A DNA stretch of 64,000 bases, taken from positions 8,060-72,059 of the forward strand of contig CAMEON010000001.1 in NCBI GenBank assembly GCA_945929845.1, read 5' to 3'. Positions 53,559 through 63,529 of the stretch are shown here, piece by piece (positions within the stretch are counted from its first letter, which is position 1; the number at the start of each line of letters is the position of its first letter). The notes under the pieces are model-generated. The model saw nothing but the letters and a program-made list of their open reading frames with translations. It did not search any database and was not told the DNA's origin. The position numbers were made by a program, and so were the translations under genes. Source of the DNA: an uncultured Clostridia bacterium (GTDB lineage: Bacteria > Bacillota > Clostridia > Oscillospirales > CAG-272).

Positions 53559-55157
53559 ATGCAGGACGCATACCAGGGAACAGAAGAAGAGCGCAAGCGG
53601 CCGAGGATCAGCATATCCTGGAAGCTGTTTGCGTATCTTTTGCTGTTTACGACCTTCATACTCATCGTGGTATGGGTCTTTCAGATCGGCCTGCTCAATT
53701 ACTTTTACCGGCAGAGTAAATACAATGAATTGAAGAACGCCGACAGGGTGCTGGTGAACACCATCCAATACGATATGGAGCATCTGCAGGATTGTGTCGA
53801 TACACTTGCTGATGAGTATTCCGTGAGCATCCGTATATTCAGCCTGAGTTGGGATGGAAACCACGGGTACGCAACGGATCTTTCCAGCAGCGCAGACCTG
53901 ACGCTGGGTAGTCCTATCAACGGTATTGACGAAGCCTATCTGACCTATCTCTACAATAAAGCTGTCAGTAATGACGGCCTGTATACCCTGTTGGTGGAAC
54001 CGGACAAGGAGGGGCTGACCGGCGATGGGACGACGCAGGTGCCAAATACCAAGCCAGGCAACCAGCGGTGGCAGAAACTGTTCTTCAGTAAGAATATGCT
54101 CCAGGTGCGGCTGGTCAAGACGGAGGGGGGCGAAGGCATCAGCCAGACATACCTGATCCTGCTCAACTCCGAACTGATGCCTCTCAATGCTACCGTGCAG
54201 ACACTGAAGACCCAGTTCTGGGTCATCGCTGCCATCCTTCTGTGCGGGGCTGTGGTGCTTGCCTTGCTCATTTCACGGAATATCTCCAGCCCCATACAGA
54301 AGATGAGCCGAGCCGCCGGACAGCTTGCCAAAGGACACTATGATGCGGACTTCCGTGTGAACGGATACCGGGAGGTCATGGAGCTGTCAGATGCTCTGAC
54401 CCACGCCGCCGGAGAATTATCCAAGAATGACGCACTGCAAAAGGAATTGCTGGCCAACATATCCCACGATCTGCGCACCCCGCTGACCATGATCGTCGGC
54501 TACAGCGAGGTCATGCGGGATATTCCCGGGGAAAACACGCCGGAGAATGTGCAGGTCATCATCGACGAGACAGAGCGACTGTCCAATCTTGTCAACGACC
54601 TGCTGGATCTGTCCAAGCTTCAGGCAGGAACCAGACAGCCAAAAATGGAGAGGTTCGGCCTGACGGAGACCGTGGAGAGCGTCATGTCAAGGTACGAGAA
54701 GCTGACGCAGAAGGATGGATACCGCATTGCGTTCAGTTATGATACCCGGGTGGATGTGATCGCAGACCGTACCATGATCCTACAGGTGATCTATAACCTG
54801 ATCAACAACGCCGTCAACTATACCGGAGAGGACAAGATGGTTCGTGTCACCCAGCGGGTTCTGACCGGCGGGGAACAGCTCCGGGTGCGCATATCCGTGA
54901 CGGATGACGGTGAGGGGATCCCGCCGGATCAGATCCCTCTGATATGGGACAGGTACTACAAGGTAGATAAGGTGCACCGGCGGGCTATGATCGGCACCGG
55001 ACTGGGGCTTTCCATCGTCAAGCAGATTCTGGAACAGCATCATACCACCTATGGCGTGGAATCCAAGCTGGGGCAGGGCTCTACCTTCTGGTTTGAACTA
55101 CCCGTGGCTGAACGGGGAGATGACGGGGACAACGGTCAGAATAACAGACAGGGATAA
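53559..55157 (+). CDS. Sensor histidine kinase
   Basis: ATG 53559 follows AGAGGAGG. There are two TM segments, the H-box SHDLRTPLT and the N/G boxes NLINNAVNY and GTGLGLSIV. Confidence 0.85.
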   Translation: MQDAYQGTEEERKRPRISISWKLFAYLLLFTTFILIVVWVFQIGLLNYFYRQSKYNELKNADRVLVNTIQYDMEHLQDCVDTLADEYSVSIRIFSLSWDGNHGYATDLSSSADLTLGSPINGIDEAYLTYLYNKAVSNDGLYTLLVEPDKEGLTGDGTTQVPNTKPGNQRWQKLFFSKNMLQVRLVKTEGGEGISQTYLILLNSELMPLNATVQTLKTQFWVIAAILLCGAVVLALLISRNISSPIQKMSRAAGQLAKGHYDADFRVNGYREVMELSDALTHAAGELSKNDALQKELLANISHDLRTPLTMIVGYSEVMRDIPGENTPENVQVIIDETERLSNLVNDLLDLSKLQAGTRQPKMERFGLTETVESVMSRYEKLTQKDGYRIAFSYDTRVDVIADRTMILQVIYNLINNAVNYTGEDKMVRVTQRVLTGGEQLRVRISVTDDGEGIPPDQIPLIWDRYYKVDKVHRRAMIGTGLGLSIVKQILEQHHTTYGVESKLGQGSTFWFELPVAERGDDGDNGQNNRQG

Positions 55158-55250
55158 GAAAAATGGAATTGCCATACCTTGTCTGTGAATGTTGACTGTC
55201 TGAAATGCATCGAATTGTACAGCATCAATAAAGAAATTTTGCTAAAACTC

Positions 55251-55279
55251 TTGCAAAATCGGGTGAGATATGATATAAT
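55251..55279 (+). promoter_or_regulatory. Candidate extended -10 promoter
   Basis: TTGCAA - 17 nt - TATAAT with TGA immediately upstream of the -10. Confidence 0.5.
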
Positions 55280-55335
55280 TACCTTTGGAGAGTTGCAGGT
55301 ATCGGGTGTGATCCCGAGCCGGAGATGAGAAAGGT

Positions 55336-56022
55336 ATGGTATTTACCATGAAAATCAATGAGAAGAAAATTGTCCTGGCCCTTTTTGTCGGAGGAGCCAT
55401 TGTCTTGGTCGTGGGCATTCTGCTTCTGGCTTTGGCTGTTCCTGCTGTTGCATCCACCTTTCATAAAGTCATGTGGTCTCTGACAGCCGTCCTTTCCATG
55501 TTGCTGGGCGGCGTGCTTCTGTGGTTGGCCTATCTCTACAGGGATACAGATGCCAACTTTTTCCGCTATGATCCCCATACCGGTCGTAATATTCCACTGA
55601 AGGAAGTGGATTTTGACCGTATCAACAGCCGCATGGCCGCATATGAGAACAGAATATCTGCTTCCTATGATTCGCTTTGGAAAGGAGACATTTTCACAGA
55701 GTGCGACGCAGAACGCTTTGGCCCTGAGGAGGTGTACAGACCTCTGCTCGCCTATAAAATGCTGTACGACCTGGCGGAGATCGACCGGGATGAAAGCTGG
55801 GAGCTTTTCACCGGTGCCGAGCCGGAGCTTGTCAATTCACTGGCAGATGCTCTCCGGGATGCCGGGGAGGATAAGATGGCGGATGCGGTGGTCGATGCCT
55901 ACAATCGGGTAGAGGATGTGACAGAAATCGCCTGGATCCGTGATTTTATCAAGGGCAATCAGAAGTACATACAGCGCCGTGTGCTGCATTATGTCCATAA
56001 GAATGATGAACTTTTCTATTGA
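55336..56022 (+). CDS. Hypothetical membrane protein
   Basis: 228 aa with two N-terminal TM helices and a soluble acidic domain. I recognise no motif. Confidence 0.6.
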   Translation: MVFTMKINEKKIVLALFVGGAIVLVVGILLLALAVPAVASTFHKVMWSLTAVLSMLLGGVLLWLAYLYRDTDANFFRYDPHTGRNIPLKEVDFDRINSRMAAYENRISASYDSLWKGDIFTECDAERFGPEEVYRPLLAYKMLYDLAEIDRDESWELFTGAEPELVNSLADALRDAGEDKMADAVVDAYNRVEDVTEIAWIRDFIKGNQKYIQRRVLHYVHKNDELFY

Positions 56023-56045
56023 TCATCGCTCCGTATCAATCGTAT

Positions 56046-56078
56046 GCCGCCCTGTTCTGCGCAGGGCGGCGTTTTGTT
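56046..56078 (+). terminator. Rho-independent terminator
   Basis: GCCGCCCTG / TTCTGCG / CAGGGCGGC followed by GTTTTGTT. Confidence 0.7.
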
Positions 56079-56110
56079 ATACGAGCAAGAAAACAGTATA
56101 AGGCAAATGG

Positions 56111-57436
56111 TCAACGGCTCCCTCGCCGTTTCAGATCTCCTGTGGCCGGGTTATCCAACAGTTTGCCGTCCTCTGTAAACCTGGATCCGTGGCAGGGGCA
56201 ATCCCAGGTGTGCTCCTGAGGGTTCCACTTCAGCGCACAGCCCAAGTGCGGACAGCGGGGGGCGGTGGGCGTAAGAAGGTTCAGCACTGCCCCGGCAGCA
56301 TTGACGGCCAGTTGAGGCCGGAGGATGCTCCGTGAGGGAGAGAAGACTGACTCATAGGGGCTTCGGTGCCCGGCGATCCTGTCAGATAACATCAAAGCGG
56401 CCACCATAGCCGAGGTCATGCCCCACTTGTTGAAACCGGTAGCCACATACAGACCGGGTGTGCGGCGGGAATACTGCCCAATATATGGTACGCCATCCAG
56501 GGACATGCAGTCCTGGGTGGCCCAGTGCCTCACCTCCCGGGCTTGGGGGTAGTGGACTTTGGCAAAGTCCCGTAGCTCCTTCCAACCGCCGCCCTGCTGT
56601 CCGGTGCGGTGCCCGCCGCCGGTAAGGAGCAGAAGGTCGCCGAAGGAGCGGAAGGACAACCCCCGCTCGGATTCGTCCACATACATGCCGTGAACATCAG
56701 CGGCGTGTTCCAGGGCGATGACATAGGAACGGTGCTGGTACAATTTCAAAAAGTAACTGCCGTGCTTGTTCAGAAAGGGGAAGTGGGTGGCGACGATGAT
56801 AGCCTCCGCCCGGATCCGACCGCCGTCCGTCACCGCTGTTCTGTCCATCAACTCCCGCACTGTCGTGTGTTCATATATAGTCAACCCGTCAAGACCGTCC
56901 AGAAGCCCGGCTATAAATTTCAGGGGGTGGAATTGGGCTTGATCAGGAAAGGACACGGCATCTACCGTGGGGAAGGGCAGGGGAGTCCGGGGGACAGACA
57001 CCGCCGGGTACCCCAGACGGTGCAGAGCCGCCAGTTCCTGCTCGATCTTTTTCTTTCCCTTCGGTTCCCGGGTGTACACACAGGCCGACTGCTCCTCAAA
57101 GTCGCAGTCTATATCACGGGCGAGCGCACGGTAGCGATCCAACGCCGCTTGGTTGGCCTCCAGGTACAGCTTTGCCTTGCCCTCCCCGAATCGGCGGATC
57201 AACTGATGGTAGATCAGCCCGTGCTGGGCGGTAATCTTCGCAGTGGTACAGCCGGTGACACCGCCGCAGAGCCTGTCCGCCTCCACCAGGACGCACGGCA
57301 CCCCGATCTGCTTCAGCATGTAGGCACACAGAATGCCAGTTATCCCGCCGCCGATGACCAGCACACCAGTCTTTATATCCTTCTTCAAAGGCGGGAATGA
57401 TGGCAGCGATACACTTTGATTCCAAACGGTTTGCAT
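56111..57436 (-). CDS. FAD-dependent oxidoreductase with C-terminal Rieske [2Fe-2S] domain
   Basis: The FAD motif is VLVIGGGITGILCA. The C-terminal Rieske motif is CPHLGC...CPCHGSRF. Confidence 0.8.
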   Translation of the reverse strand: MQTVWNQSVSLPSFPPLKKDIKTGVLVIGGGITGILCAYMLKQIGVPCVLVEADRLCGGVTGCTTAKITAQHGLIYHQLIRRFGEGKAKLYLEANQAALDRYRALARDIDCDFEEQSACVYTREPKGKKKIEQELAALHRLGYPAVSVPRTPLPFPTVDAVSFPDQAQFHPLKFIAGLLDGLDGLTIYEHTTVRELMDRTAVTDGGRIRAEAIIVATHFPFLNKHGSYFLKLYQHRSYVIALEHAADVHGMYVDESERGLSFRSFGDLLLLTGGGHRTGQQGGGWKELRDFAKVHYPQAREVRHWATQDCMSLDGVPYIGQYSRRTPGLYVATGFNKWGMTSAMVAALMLSDRIAGHRSPYESVFSPSRSILRPQLAVNAAGAVLNLLTPTAPRCPHLGCALKWNPQEHTWDCPCHGSRFTEDGKLLDNPATGDLKRRGSR

Positions 57437-57533
57437 GATGGATCCTCCGCTTGATTTCCCTTATAGTTTCCCACGGAAGACCCGGATTATACGAAAAAGG
57501 AGCCTTGCATCTCGCATGGCTCCTTCTTGAATA

Positions 57534-59999
57534 TTATTCTCTGTTTGCAATCGTCACGGAAATCCTGTCCGGCTCCAGCACCCGCACTTCCCGGGGGAGA
57601 GTCAGCCGCCCGGTGTAACCGGCAGGCAGGGAAGCTGTGAGGGAGAAGCTGTCCCCATCGTACCGCCAGGAGACGGACAACAGACCCTCCGGCATCTCCA
57701 TGGTGCCTCTGGCCCACCGCAGGCCGCACAGATGCGGCGCAATGTCTACCGTTTTGTTCAGGCGGTCTGGGATGCCCATGCCCAGCACATCCCGCACAAG
57801 GTGTACCCCGGCGTGGGAGGTGAACCCGTGGCAACGGGAGGAGGTGCCAATGCCGGTGCTCTCCCACAGAGTGCCCGGCCCTTCTTTCAGCTGGGGCATA
57901 TAGATTGCCAGCAGATCCTCCCACAGCTTATCCGTGTGTCCACGGCGAGCCAGCATATCCAACCGGATGCACAGGCCGATGAAAAGCTGGCTTTGCCCGA
58001 TGTTCGGGTCGGCGGCAAAGCGGGGAGCCGGGCCCATGGTGTCCCGCACCGCCTTATCCAAGGCCGGTGTTTCCCCCGGGGCGAACAGCTCTGCCCAAAG
58101 CGCTGTGGCCATGCCGGTTTCCGAGATGCGTCCCCGCCCGTGCAGACGGCCATCTCCGGAGACGGTAAAGCTGTCCGGGAAGGAGGTCAGGGTGGAGAGG
58201 TTGCGGCCGCCGTCCCCGGCAATGGCGTCCCGGAGCAGACCACGGATGCGCTCACCTTCCGCAACCCAGGCAGAGCGGTCAAAGGTCTTTCCCAGTTGGA
58301 TCAGCATGTAGGCATACAGGGCATTGGCCGGGGTGGAGATGGGTGTCTGATACTCGCCAAAGTTGGACATGGACCAATCAATGAACAGCCAGGGCAGATT
58401 TTCAAGGAGGCCGCTTTCCCCGATGAAATCCTGACTGCCCCGGACAAAAGCGGCGATCCGGTCGGAGAAACGGTTCCGGAAGTCCATGTCCCCGGTGCGG
58501 CTGATGTACTCGCAGACCTGACACATCAGCCAGAAAGTCCAGGTGGTGATACCGGTCATGTCCTTGTAGGAGGGCTTGTTCCCCGGGTAGACCTCGGGGA
58601 AGAAGCCGTGGAACATACCGTCGGCGGGGGTCAGGAGGAAGTCCTCCAAAAACTCCTTTTCCACCCGTGTATCGGACAACATGAGGGCGGCGGCTCGGGC
58701 TGTCCACAGGGAGTCGCACAGCCACCCACCCCGCTCCCGGTCAGGACAGTCCATGAAAATGTCCAGCGTGTTGTTCAGGAGGGTGCGGTATGCGGCGCCA
58801 TACAGGCGGTTGATATTGTCATCGGAGCAGAGGAAGGAGGCCCTTTGCATATCCGGGTAGCTGTACGCCAGCATGGAGACACCGAGGACAGTTACCTGCC
58901 CGCATCCACGGAAATACACCTGGATGTACCGACCAAGCCCCGGCTCCATAGCCGCAAAAACAGTCTTTCCGGCCTGCACATGGAGGCGGGTCACATTGTT
59001 GTAATGATAGGCGATGCGCCCGTCGGTGTCCAACAGCTCGGTATGGACGATGTCAATGATGCCGGGAAACTCGCACAGGCAGGATATGGCGGGGAAGCCT
59101 ACCACATTCTCGCCGCCATGGCTGTCAAAGAGCACCCAGGTATCAGATGCCCCCGAAAGGGTCAACCCCGCCTGACTTCTTGTGGCGGTGATCCCGCCAT
59201 CACTGTCCGCTGTCCGGCGGCAGTCCATCAACGGGTGCTCCTTCAGAGAGGCGTAATATCCGGCGGGTGTGTAGGCAGGGTTGTCCTCAAAGAACAGAAG
59301 TTCCGGTTGGATGTCCTCCCGGATGGTACAGGTGCCGTACCCCACCACCCGGTCAAACTGGTGTGGTGCCAGCGTGGGCAGGGGAGAGGTGCGGGGAAGA
59401 AGGACAGGAGCTATGGCGGGGGCCGGATCGGTGAAAGTGCCTACCCCTTGCCGCCAGAGCGTGTATTCTTCATTCAGGTAGTATATTTCCGAAGCCTCCC
59501 GGCAGTGGGAGATCCGGCCGGTGCGCCCTTCTCTGGCAGGGAGGCGGCAGACCTTCCAGGAGCCATCGGTTCCGGTGGCGGTGAGGATGCTTCCGTCCCC
59601 CTCCAGCTCGGCCATGACAAAGCCGGGGCCGTCTGATAGGGTACAGTCGTTGGAGTACCCACAGTACAGGTCGCCGTAGGACATGACTTCAATGGCAAGG
59701 TGATTCACGCCGTCACACAACCGGTCAGCCACATCCACCTCATCCACACGGGCGTACCCGTGGGCGGTGCGGGCGGGGCCGTGCATGACGATCTCCCCGT
59801 TGATATACAGGCGGTACACATGACGGGCGGCGATACGGAACACCGCCTTTTGTGGGCGTGATCCGGTTTTTGCGTCGGTACCTGTAGAGGATAGGGGGAG
59901 CGCAGTATAGAAGCCGTACTGGCTGACCGCTTCCTCGGCCTGTTGCCTTTTGGCTTCGGCAGGGGACAGCGGGTAGAAGATAGCTTGGGCAGCAGTCAT
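57534..59999 (-). CDS. GH78-like (alpha-L-rhamnosidase family) glycoside hydrolase
   Basis: ATG 59999 follows AGGAAAGGAAG. MDCPDRERGGWLCDS matches the DCPxRER-GW-GD signature of the GH78 catalytic domain. Confidence 0.7.
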   Translation of the reverse strand: MTAAQAIFYPLSPAEAKRQQAEEAVSQYGFYTALPLSSTGTDAKTGSRPQKAVFRIAARHVYRLYINGEIVMHGPARTAHGYARVDEVDVADRLCDGVNHLAIEVMSYGDLYCGYSNDCTLSDGPGFVMAELEGDGSILTATGTDGSWKVCRLPAREGRTGRISHCREASEIYYLNEEYTLWRQGVGTFTDPAPAIAPVLLPRTSPLPTLAPHQFDRVVGYGTCTIREDIQPELLFFEDNPAYTPAGYYASLKEHPLMDCRRTADSDGGITATRSQAGLTLSGASDTWVLFDSHGGENVVGFPAISCLCEFPGIIDIVHTELLDTDGRIAYHYNNVTRLHVQAGKTVFAAMEPGLGRYIQVYFRGCGQVTVLGVSMLAYSYPDMQRASFLCSDDNINRLYGAAYRTLLNNTLDIFMDCPDRERGGWLCDSLWTARAAALMLSDTRVEKEFLEDFLLTPADGMFHGFFPEVYPGNKPSYKDMTGITTWTFWLMCQVCEYISRTGDMDFRNRFSDRIAAFVRGSQDFIGESGLLENLPWLFIDWSMSNFGEYQTPISTPANALYAYMLIQLGKTFDRSAWVAEGERIRGLLRDAIAGDGGRNLSTLTSFPDSFTVSGDGRLHGRGRISETGMATALWAELFAPGETPALDKAVRDTMGPAPRFAADPNIGQSQLFIGLCIRLDMLARRGHTDKLWEDLLAIYMPQLKEGPGTLWESTGIGTSSRCHGFTSHAGVHLVRDVLGMGIPDRLNKTVDIAPHLCGLRWARGTMEMPEGLLSVSWRYDGDSFSLTASLPAGYTGRLTLPREVRVLEPDRISVTIANRE

Positions 60000-60067
60000 A
60001 AGTCGAACTTCCTTTCCTGGGCATGTGGTTCCGTAGTATACCATAAAGGACAGGGCGTGTGTAACAT

Positions 60068-60667
60068 TTACACATCCTGCCGTCCTTGCAGGGCACGGTA
60101 CAGCGTCACCTCATCGGCGTACTCAATGTCCGTTCCTACCGAGATGCCGTAGGCCAAGCGAGTGACCTTGATGCCCAGCGGCTTCAGCAGACGGGCAATA
60201 TACATGGCGGTGGTTTCCCCCTCCACATCGGCGTTGGTGGCCACGATGACCTCCCGGACATCGCCCTGGTCGATGCGTGCCAACAGCTCCTTGATCTTCA
60301 GCTTATCCGGCGTGATCCCGTTGAGGGGGGACAGCACCCCGTGGAGCACATGGTAGACCCCCCGGTACTCCCGCACCCGCTCCATGGCCATGACCGTCCG
60401 CACATCCGACACGACACAGATGACCCCCCGATCCCGTGTCTCGTCGTCACAGACAGGACAAAGTTCCCGGTCAGTCAGATTCTGACACACCGGGCACAGG
60501 TGGATCTTCCGTTTGGCATCCAGAATGGCATCAGCAAAAGCGGCGGCATCCTCCGGGGTCATGTCCAGCACGGAGAAAGCCATCCGCAGTGCCGACTTCC
60601 GTCCCACGCCGCCCAGCTTGCCGAATTGCTCGGCCAGGTTCTGGAGCGATTCGATATATTCAGCCAT
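60068..60667 (-). CDS. recR: Recombination protein RecR
   Basis: The zinc finger is CPVCQNLTDRELCPVCDD and a Toprim domain is present. The context is dnaX-ybaB-recR. Confidence 0.95.
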   Translation of the reverse strand: MAEYIESLQNLAEQFGKLGGVGRKSALRMAFSVLDMTPEDAAAFADAILDAKRKIHLCPVCQNLTDRELCPVCDDETRDRGVICVVSDVRTVMAMERVREYRGVYHVLHGVLSPLNGITPDKLKIKELLARIDQGDVREVIVATNADVEGETTAMYIARLLKPLGIKVTRLAYGISVGTDIEYADEVTLYRALQGRQDV

Positions 60668-60698
60668 GATGCTTCCGCTTCTCCAGATTCTGCCGGGA

Positions 60699-61046
60699 TC
60701 AGAACATACCGGGCATACTCATCGGTCCGGTGATCTTCTCCATCTCGGCGGCGTTGGTCTCCTCCACCCGCTTGATGGCCTCGTTGATGCCCGCCACCAG
60801 AATGTCGGACAGCGTCTCAATATCGTCGGGATCCACGATCTCCGGCTGGATGTCGATGGACAGCACTTCCTTCTTGCCGTTGATCTTCACAGTGACAGCC
60901 CCGCCGCCAGCCTGGATGTCATACTCTCTGGCGTCCAGCTCCTCCTGCTTGGCCGCCATGTCCTCCTGCATCTTCTGCGCCTGACGGATCATGGCCTGCA
61001 TATTCTGGGGGCCGCCGCCCATTCCCTTGGGTAAATTCGCTCTCAT
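60699..61046 (-). CDS. ybaB: YbaB/EbfC nucleoid-associated protein
   Basis: The start MRANLPKGMGGGPQNMQAMIRQAQKMQEDM follows GGAGGA. Confidence 0.9.
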   Translation of the reverse strand: MRANLPKGMGGGPQNMQAMIRQAQKMQEDMAAKQEELDAREYDIQAGGGAVTVKINGKKEVLSIDIQPEIVDPDDIETLSDILVAGINEAIKRVEETNAAEMEKITGPMSMPGMF

Positions 61047-61096
61047 GTCTTTTTCCTCCGATAATTGTGTGTAGATTTTTGGATGGCTCGTCGCCC

Positions 61097-62818
61097 TCAT
61101 GCCTGCTCTTCCGCCGCCTCCAGGATCAGATCCAGGGGGGAGGTAGGGTCGGCGGCAGTTTCCACCTCGACCAGAATATCATCTGCCGAAAGGGCACGCC
61201 CCAGGCACACCGACAGTGCCTTGCGCAGAGCCTCGGCGGTCTGTGCATCCATTGCCATCTGCCGGGAGAATTCATCGCTGAACTTGATGATCACCTGCCC
61301 GCTCTCAGCGGTGAAGGCCTTGGCCTGCTTGAGGTGGGCGGCAGACCAGGGGACACTCTCCATCACCCGGGAAACCGCTTCCGTCCACACCCGCAAAGGA
61401 CGCAGGACCCGCCGGGGTGAGGCTTCCGTACCCCCATGATTCCCCGAAGGAGCATCAGGCGGAACGGCTTTGCGAGGTTGTTCGGTTGCCCCTTCAGATA
61501 TGGTCGCCTTGGCCGGTGTCGCCCCATCACCGGGGCATGGCCTGTCACCGTCTACCACGGCGGTCACAGGACGGGGAGCCGATTCTGTGACCGGGGCATT
61601 CTCTTGCGTCAACGGGGCAGGGTGTGCCGTAGCAGGGGATCCTGCAGCAGGAATGCCAACCGGCACGCCGGCGGCTACCTGCTCCTCCAGCCGGGACAGG
61701 CGAGCCAGAATGGCGGGGGCAGAGGTATCCAACGCCGGGTCGCACAGGCGCACCAGCGTGACCTCCGCCACCGTGCGCTTGACGGCATAGGCTTTCTGCA
61801 TGGCGAACAGGGCATCCTCCAAAAGTCCGATATGGAACAGCAGTGTCTCCCGGTCAAACCGGGCCGCCACCGCACGCAGGGCTTCCTGCTCGCTGTCGGT
61901 CAGATCCAGGTACTGTCCCGCATCCTTGGTGGTGCGGATGACCAGCATATCCCGGTAAAAGGAGATCAGCTCCTGCCAGAACACGGAGAGATCCCGGGAG
62001 GAGGCGACCACCTCCTCCTCCACCGTGCCGAACAGCGTATCAAAATCACGGTCAGCAATGGCCGTCACCACCCGGCTCATCCCCTCCCGCCCGGTGTTGC
62101 CCAGGGTGTCCGTGACAAGGGTCGGCGTGACAGGCAGACGGGAGGAGGCGCACAGCTCAAGCAGGCTGATGGCATCCCGCATCCCGCCCTGAGCCTGCCG
62201 TGCGATGAGACGAGCGGCCTCCGGATCCAGGGAAATGTCCTCCTGCCCGGCGATGTATACAAGACGGGCGACCAGATCGGCGGTGGCGATCCGGCGGAAG
62301 TCAAACCGCTGGCACCGGGACACGATGGTGGCGGGGAGCTTTTGCAGCTCGGTGGTGGCCAGAATGAAGATCACATGCTCCGGCGGCTCCTCCAGCGTCT
62401 TCAGGAGGGCGTTGAAGGCACTCTGGGACAGCATGTGCACCTCGTCGATGATGTACACCCGGTACTTCAGATCCGAGGGGGTATAGACGACCTCCTCCCG
62501 GATGTCCCGGATGTCGTCCACACCATTGTTGGAGGCGGCATCCATCTCCAGCACATCAGCGGTGCTCCCCTCGTCAATGGAGCGGCAGGCGGGGCACTCC
62601 CCGCAAGGGCCGGCCGGCGTGGGGTGCAGGCAGTTGACAGCCTTGGCCAGGATCTTGGCACAGGAGGTCTTTCCGGTACCCCGGGAACCGCAGAACAGGT
62701 AGGCGTGGGAAAAGTGCCCGGTCTGACACTCATACTTCAGGATGGATGTGACATGATCCTGCCCGCACACCTCGTCAAAGTTGCGGGGTCGCCATTTCCT
62801 GTACAGAGCCTGGTGCAT
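61097..62818 (-). CDS. dnaX: DNA polymerase III subunit gamma/tau
   Basis: The N-terminus is MHQALYRKWRPRNFDEVCGQDHV. Walker A is GSRGTGKTSCAKILA. The zinc module is CGECPAC. Confidence 0.95.
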   Translation of the reverse strand: MHQALYRKWRPRNFDEVCGQDHVTSILKYECQTGHFSHAYLFCGSRGTGKTSCAKILAKAVNCLHPTPAGPCGECPACRSIDEGSTADVLEMDAASNNGVDDIRDIREEVVYTPSDLKYRVYIIDEVHMLSQSAFNALLKTLEEPPEHVIFILATTELQKLPATIVSRCQRFDFRRIATADLVARLVYIAGQEDISLDPEAARLIARQAQGGMRDAISLLELCASSRLPVTPTLVTDTLGNTGREGMSRVVTAIADRDFDTLFGTVEEEVVASSRDLSVFWQELISFYRDMLVIRTTKDAGQYLDLTDSEQEALRAVAARFDRETLLFHIGLLEDALFAMQKAYAVKRTVAEVTLVRLCDPALDTSAPAILARLSRLEEQVAAGVPVGIPAAGSPATAHPAPLTQENAPVTESAPRPVTAVVDGDRPCPGDGATPAKATISEGATEQPRKAVPPDAPSGNHGGTEASPRRVLRPLRVWTEAVSRVMESVPWSAAHLKQAKAFTAESGQVIIKFSDEFSRQMAMDAQTAEALRKALSVCLGRALSADDILVEVETAADPTSPLDLILEAAEEQA

Positions 62819-62863
62819 GGAAAGACCTCCTTTCAGCCGGGGCAGATGCCCGGAAAAATGAAT

Positions 62864-63412
62864 TTATGAGTCACGAACCACCACGACCGCCTGATGGGTG
62901 GAGCTGTCGCCGGTGGGAATGTAGGTCAGCTTGATATACACACGAGCCACGCCGGGTTCCAGGGATCTGACGGTGATCCCCGGGCATTCCGGCCCGCCGT
63001 TCAGTGCCGTATACTTGTCTACGGAAACAACCTCCAACGACTTCTCGTCGCCCTCAGCCAGCGTGACCTCCAGGTCAAAATCCTTGATGTGATAGCCAAG
63101 CGTGTAAAAGAGCGACATGGGAATATCAAAGTCCTGACCGGGATCGGCATATATCAGGTAGTATGATAGGCCAACACACAGATCAAAATCCTTTTCATCC
63201 CAACCGGGGCCGTAATCATATGTCTTGAGGGGGCCTATACATAAAGAATAATAGTATCTGTCCAGATCATTCTCCAATGAGCTTTTGTATTCAACGGCGG
63301 GGTGTGTTTCTTCTACAGATTCAATGGAGGGTTCTTTAGGGGAACTATTGCAGGCGCAGAAAACAGTCAAAAGAACAAAACTCATCAAAAGCGCTAAAAA
63401 ACGGCATTTCAT
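62864..63412 (-). CDS. Hypothetical secreted protein/lipoprotein (paralog 1)
   Basis: ATG 63412 follows AAAGGAG. The signal peptide is MKCRFLALLMSFVLLTVFCAC. The C-terminal ~90 aa are almost identical to paralog 2. Confidence 0.7.
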   Translation of the reverse strand: MKCRFLALLMSFVLLTVFCACNSSPKEPSIESVEETHPAVEYKSSLENDLDRYYYSLCIGPLKTYDYGPGWDEKDFDLCVGLSYYLIYADPGQDFDIPMSLFYTLGYHIKDFDLEVTLAEGDEKSLEVVSVDKYTALNGGPECPGITVRSLEPGVARVYIKLTYIPTGDSSTHQAVVVVRDS

Positions 63413-63529
63413 AAATTTTCTCCTTTCAAGTATGGTGCAATATGATTGCGCTATCACCGGCGTAATGTCTCGTACAACTCCGCATTGCTTTGTACAGGTT
63501 TTCCTCCGTGTCATTCCGGAAAAATGAAT

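Noticed and set aside
57732-59636. 634-aa plus-strand ORF
   Set aside because: It is a shadow ORF opposite the GH78-like gene. It has no motifs and an Arg/Gly/Pro-rich composition.
61436-62869. 477-aa plus-strand ORF
   Set aside because: It is antisense to dnaX, which has a clear Walker A and zinc module.
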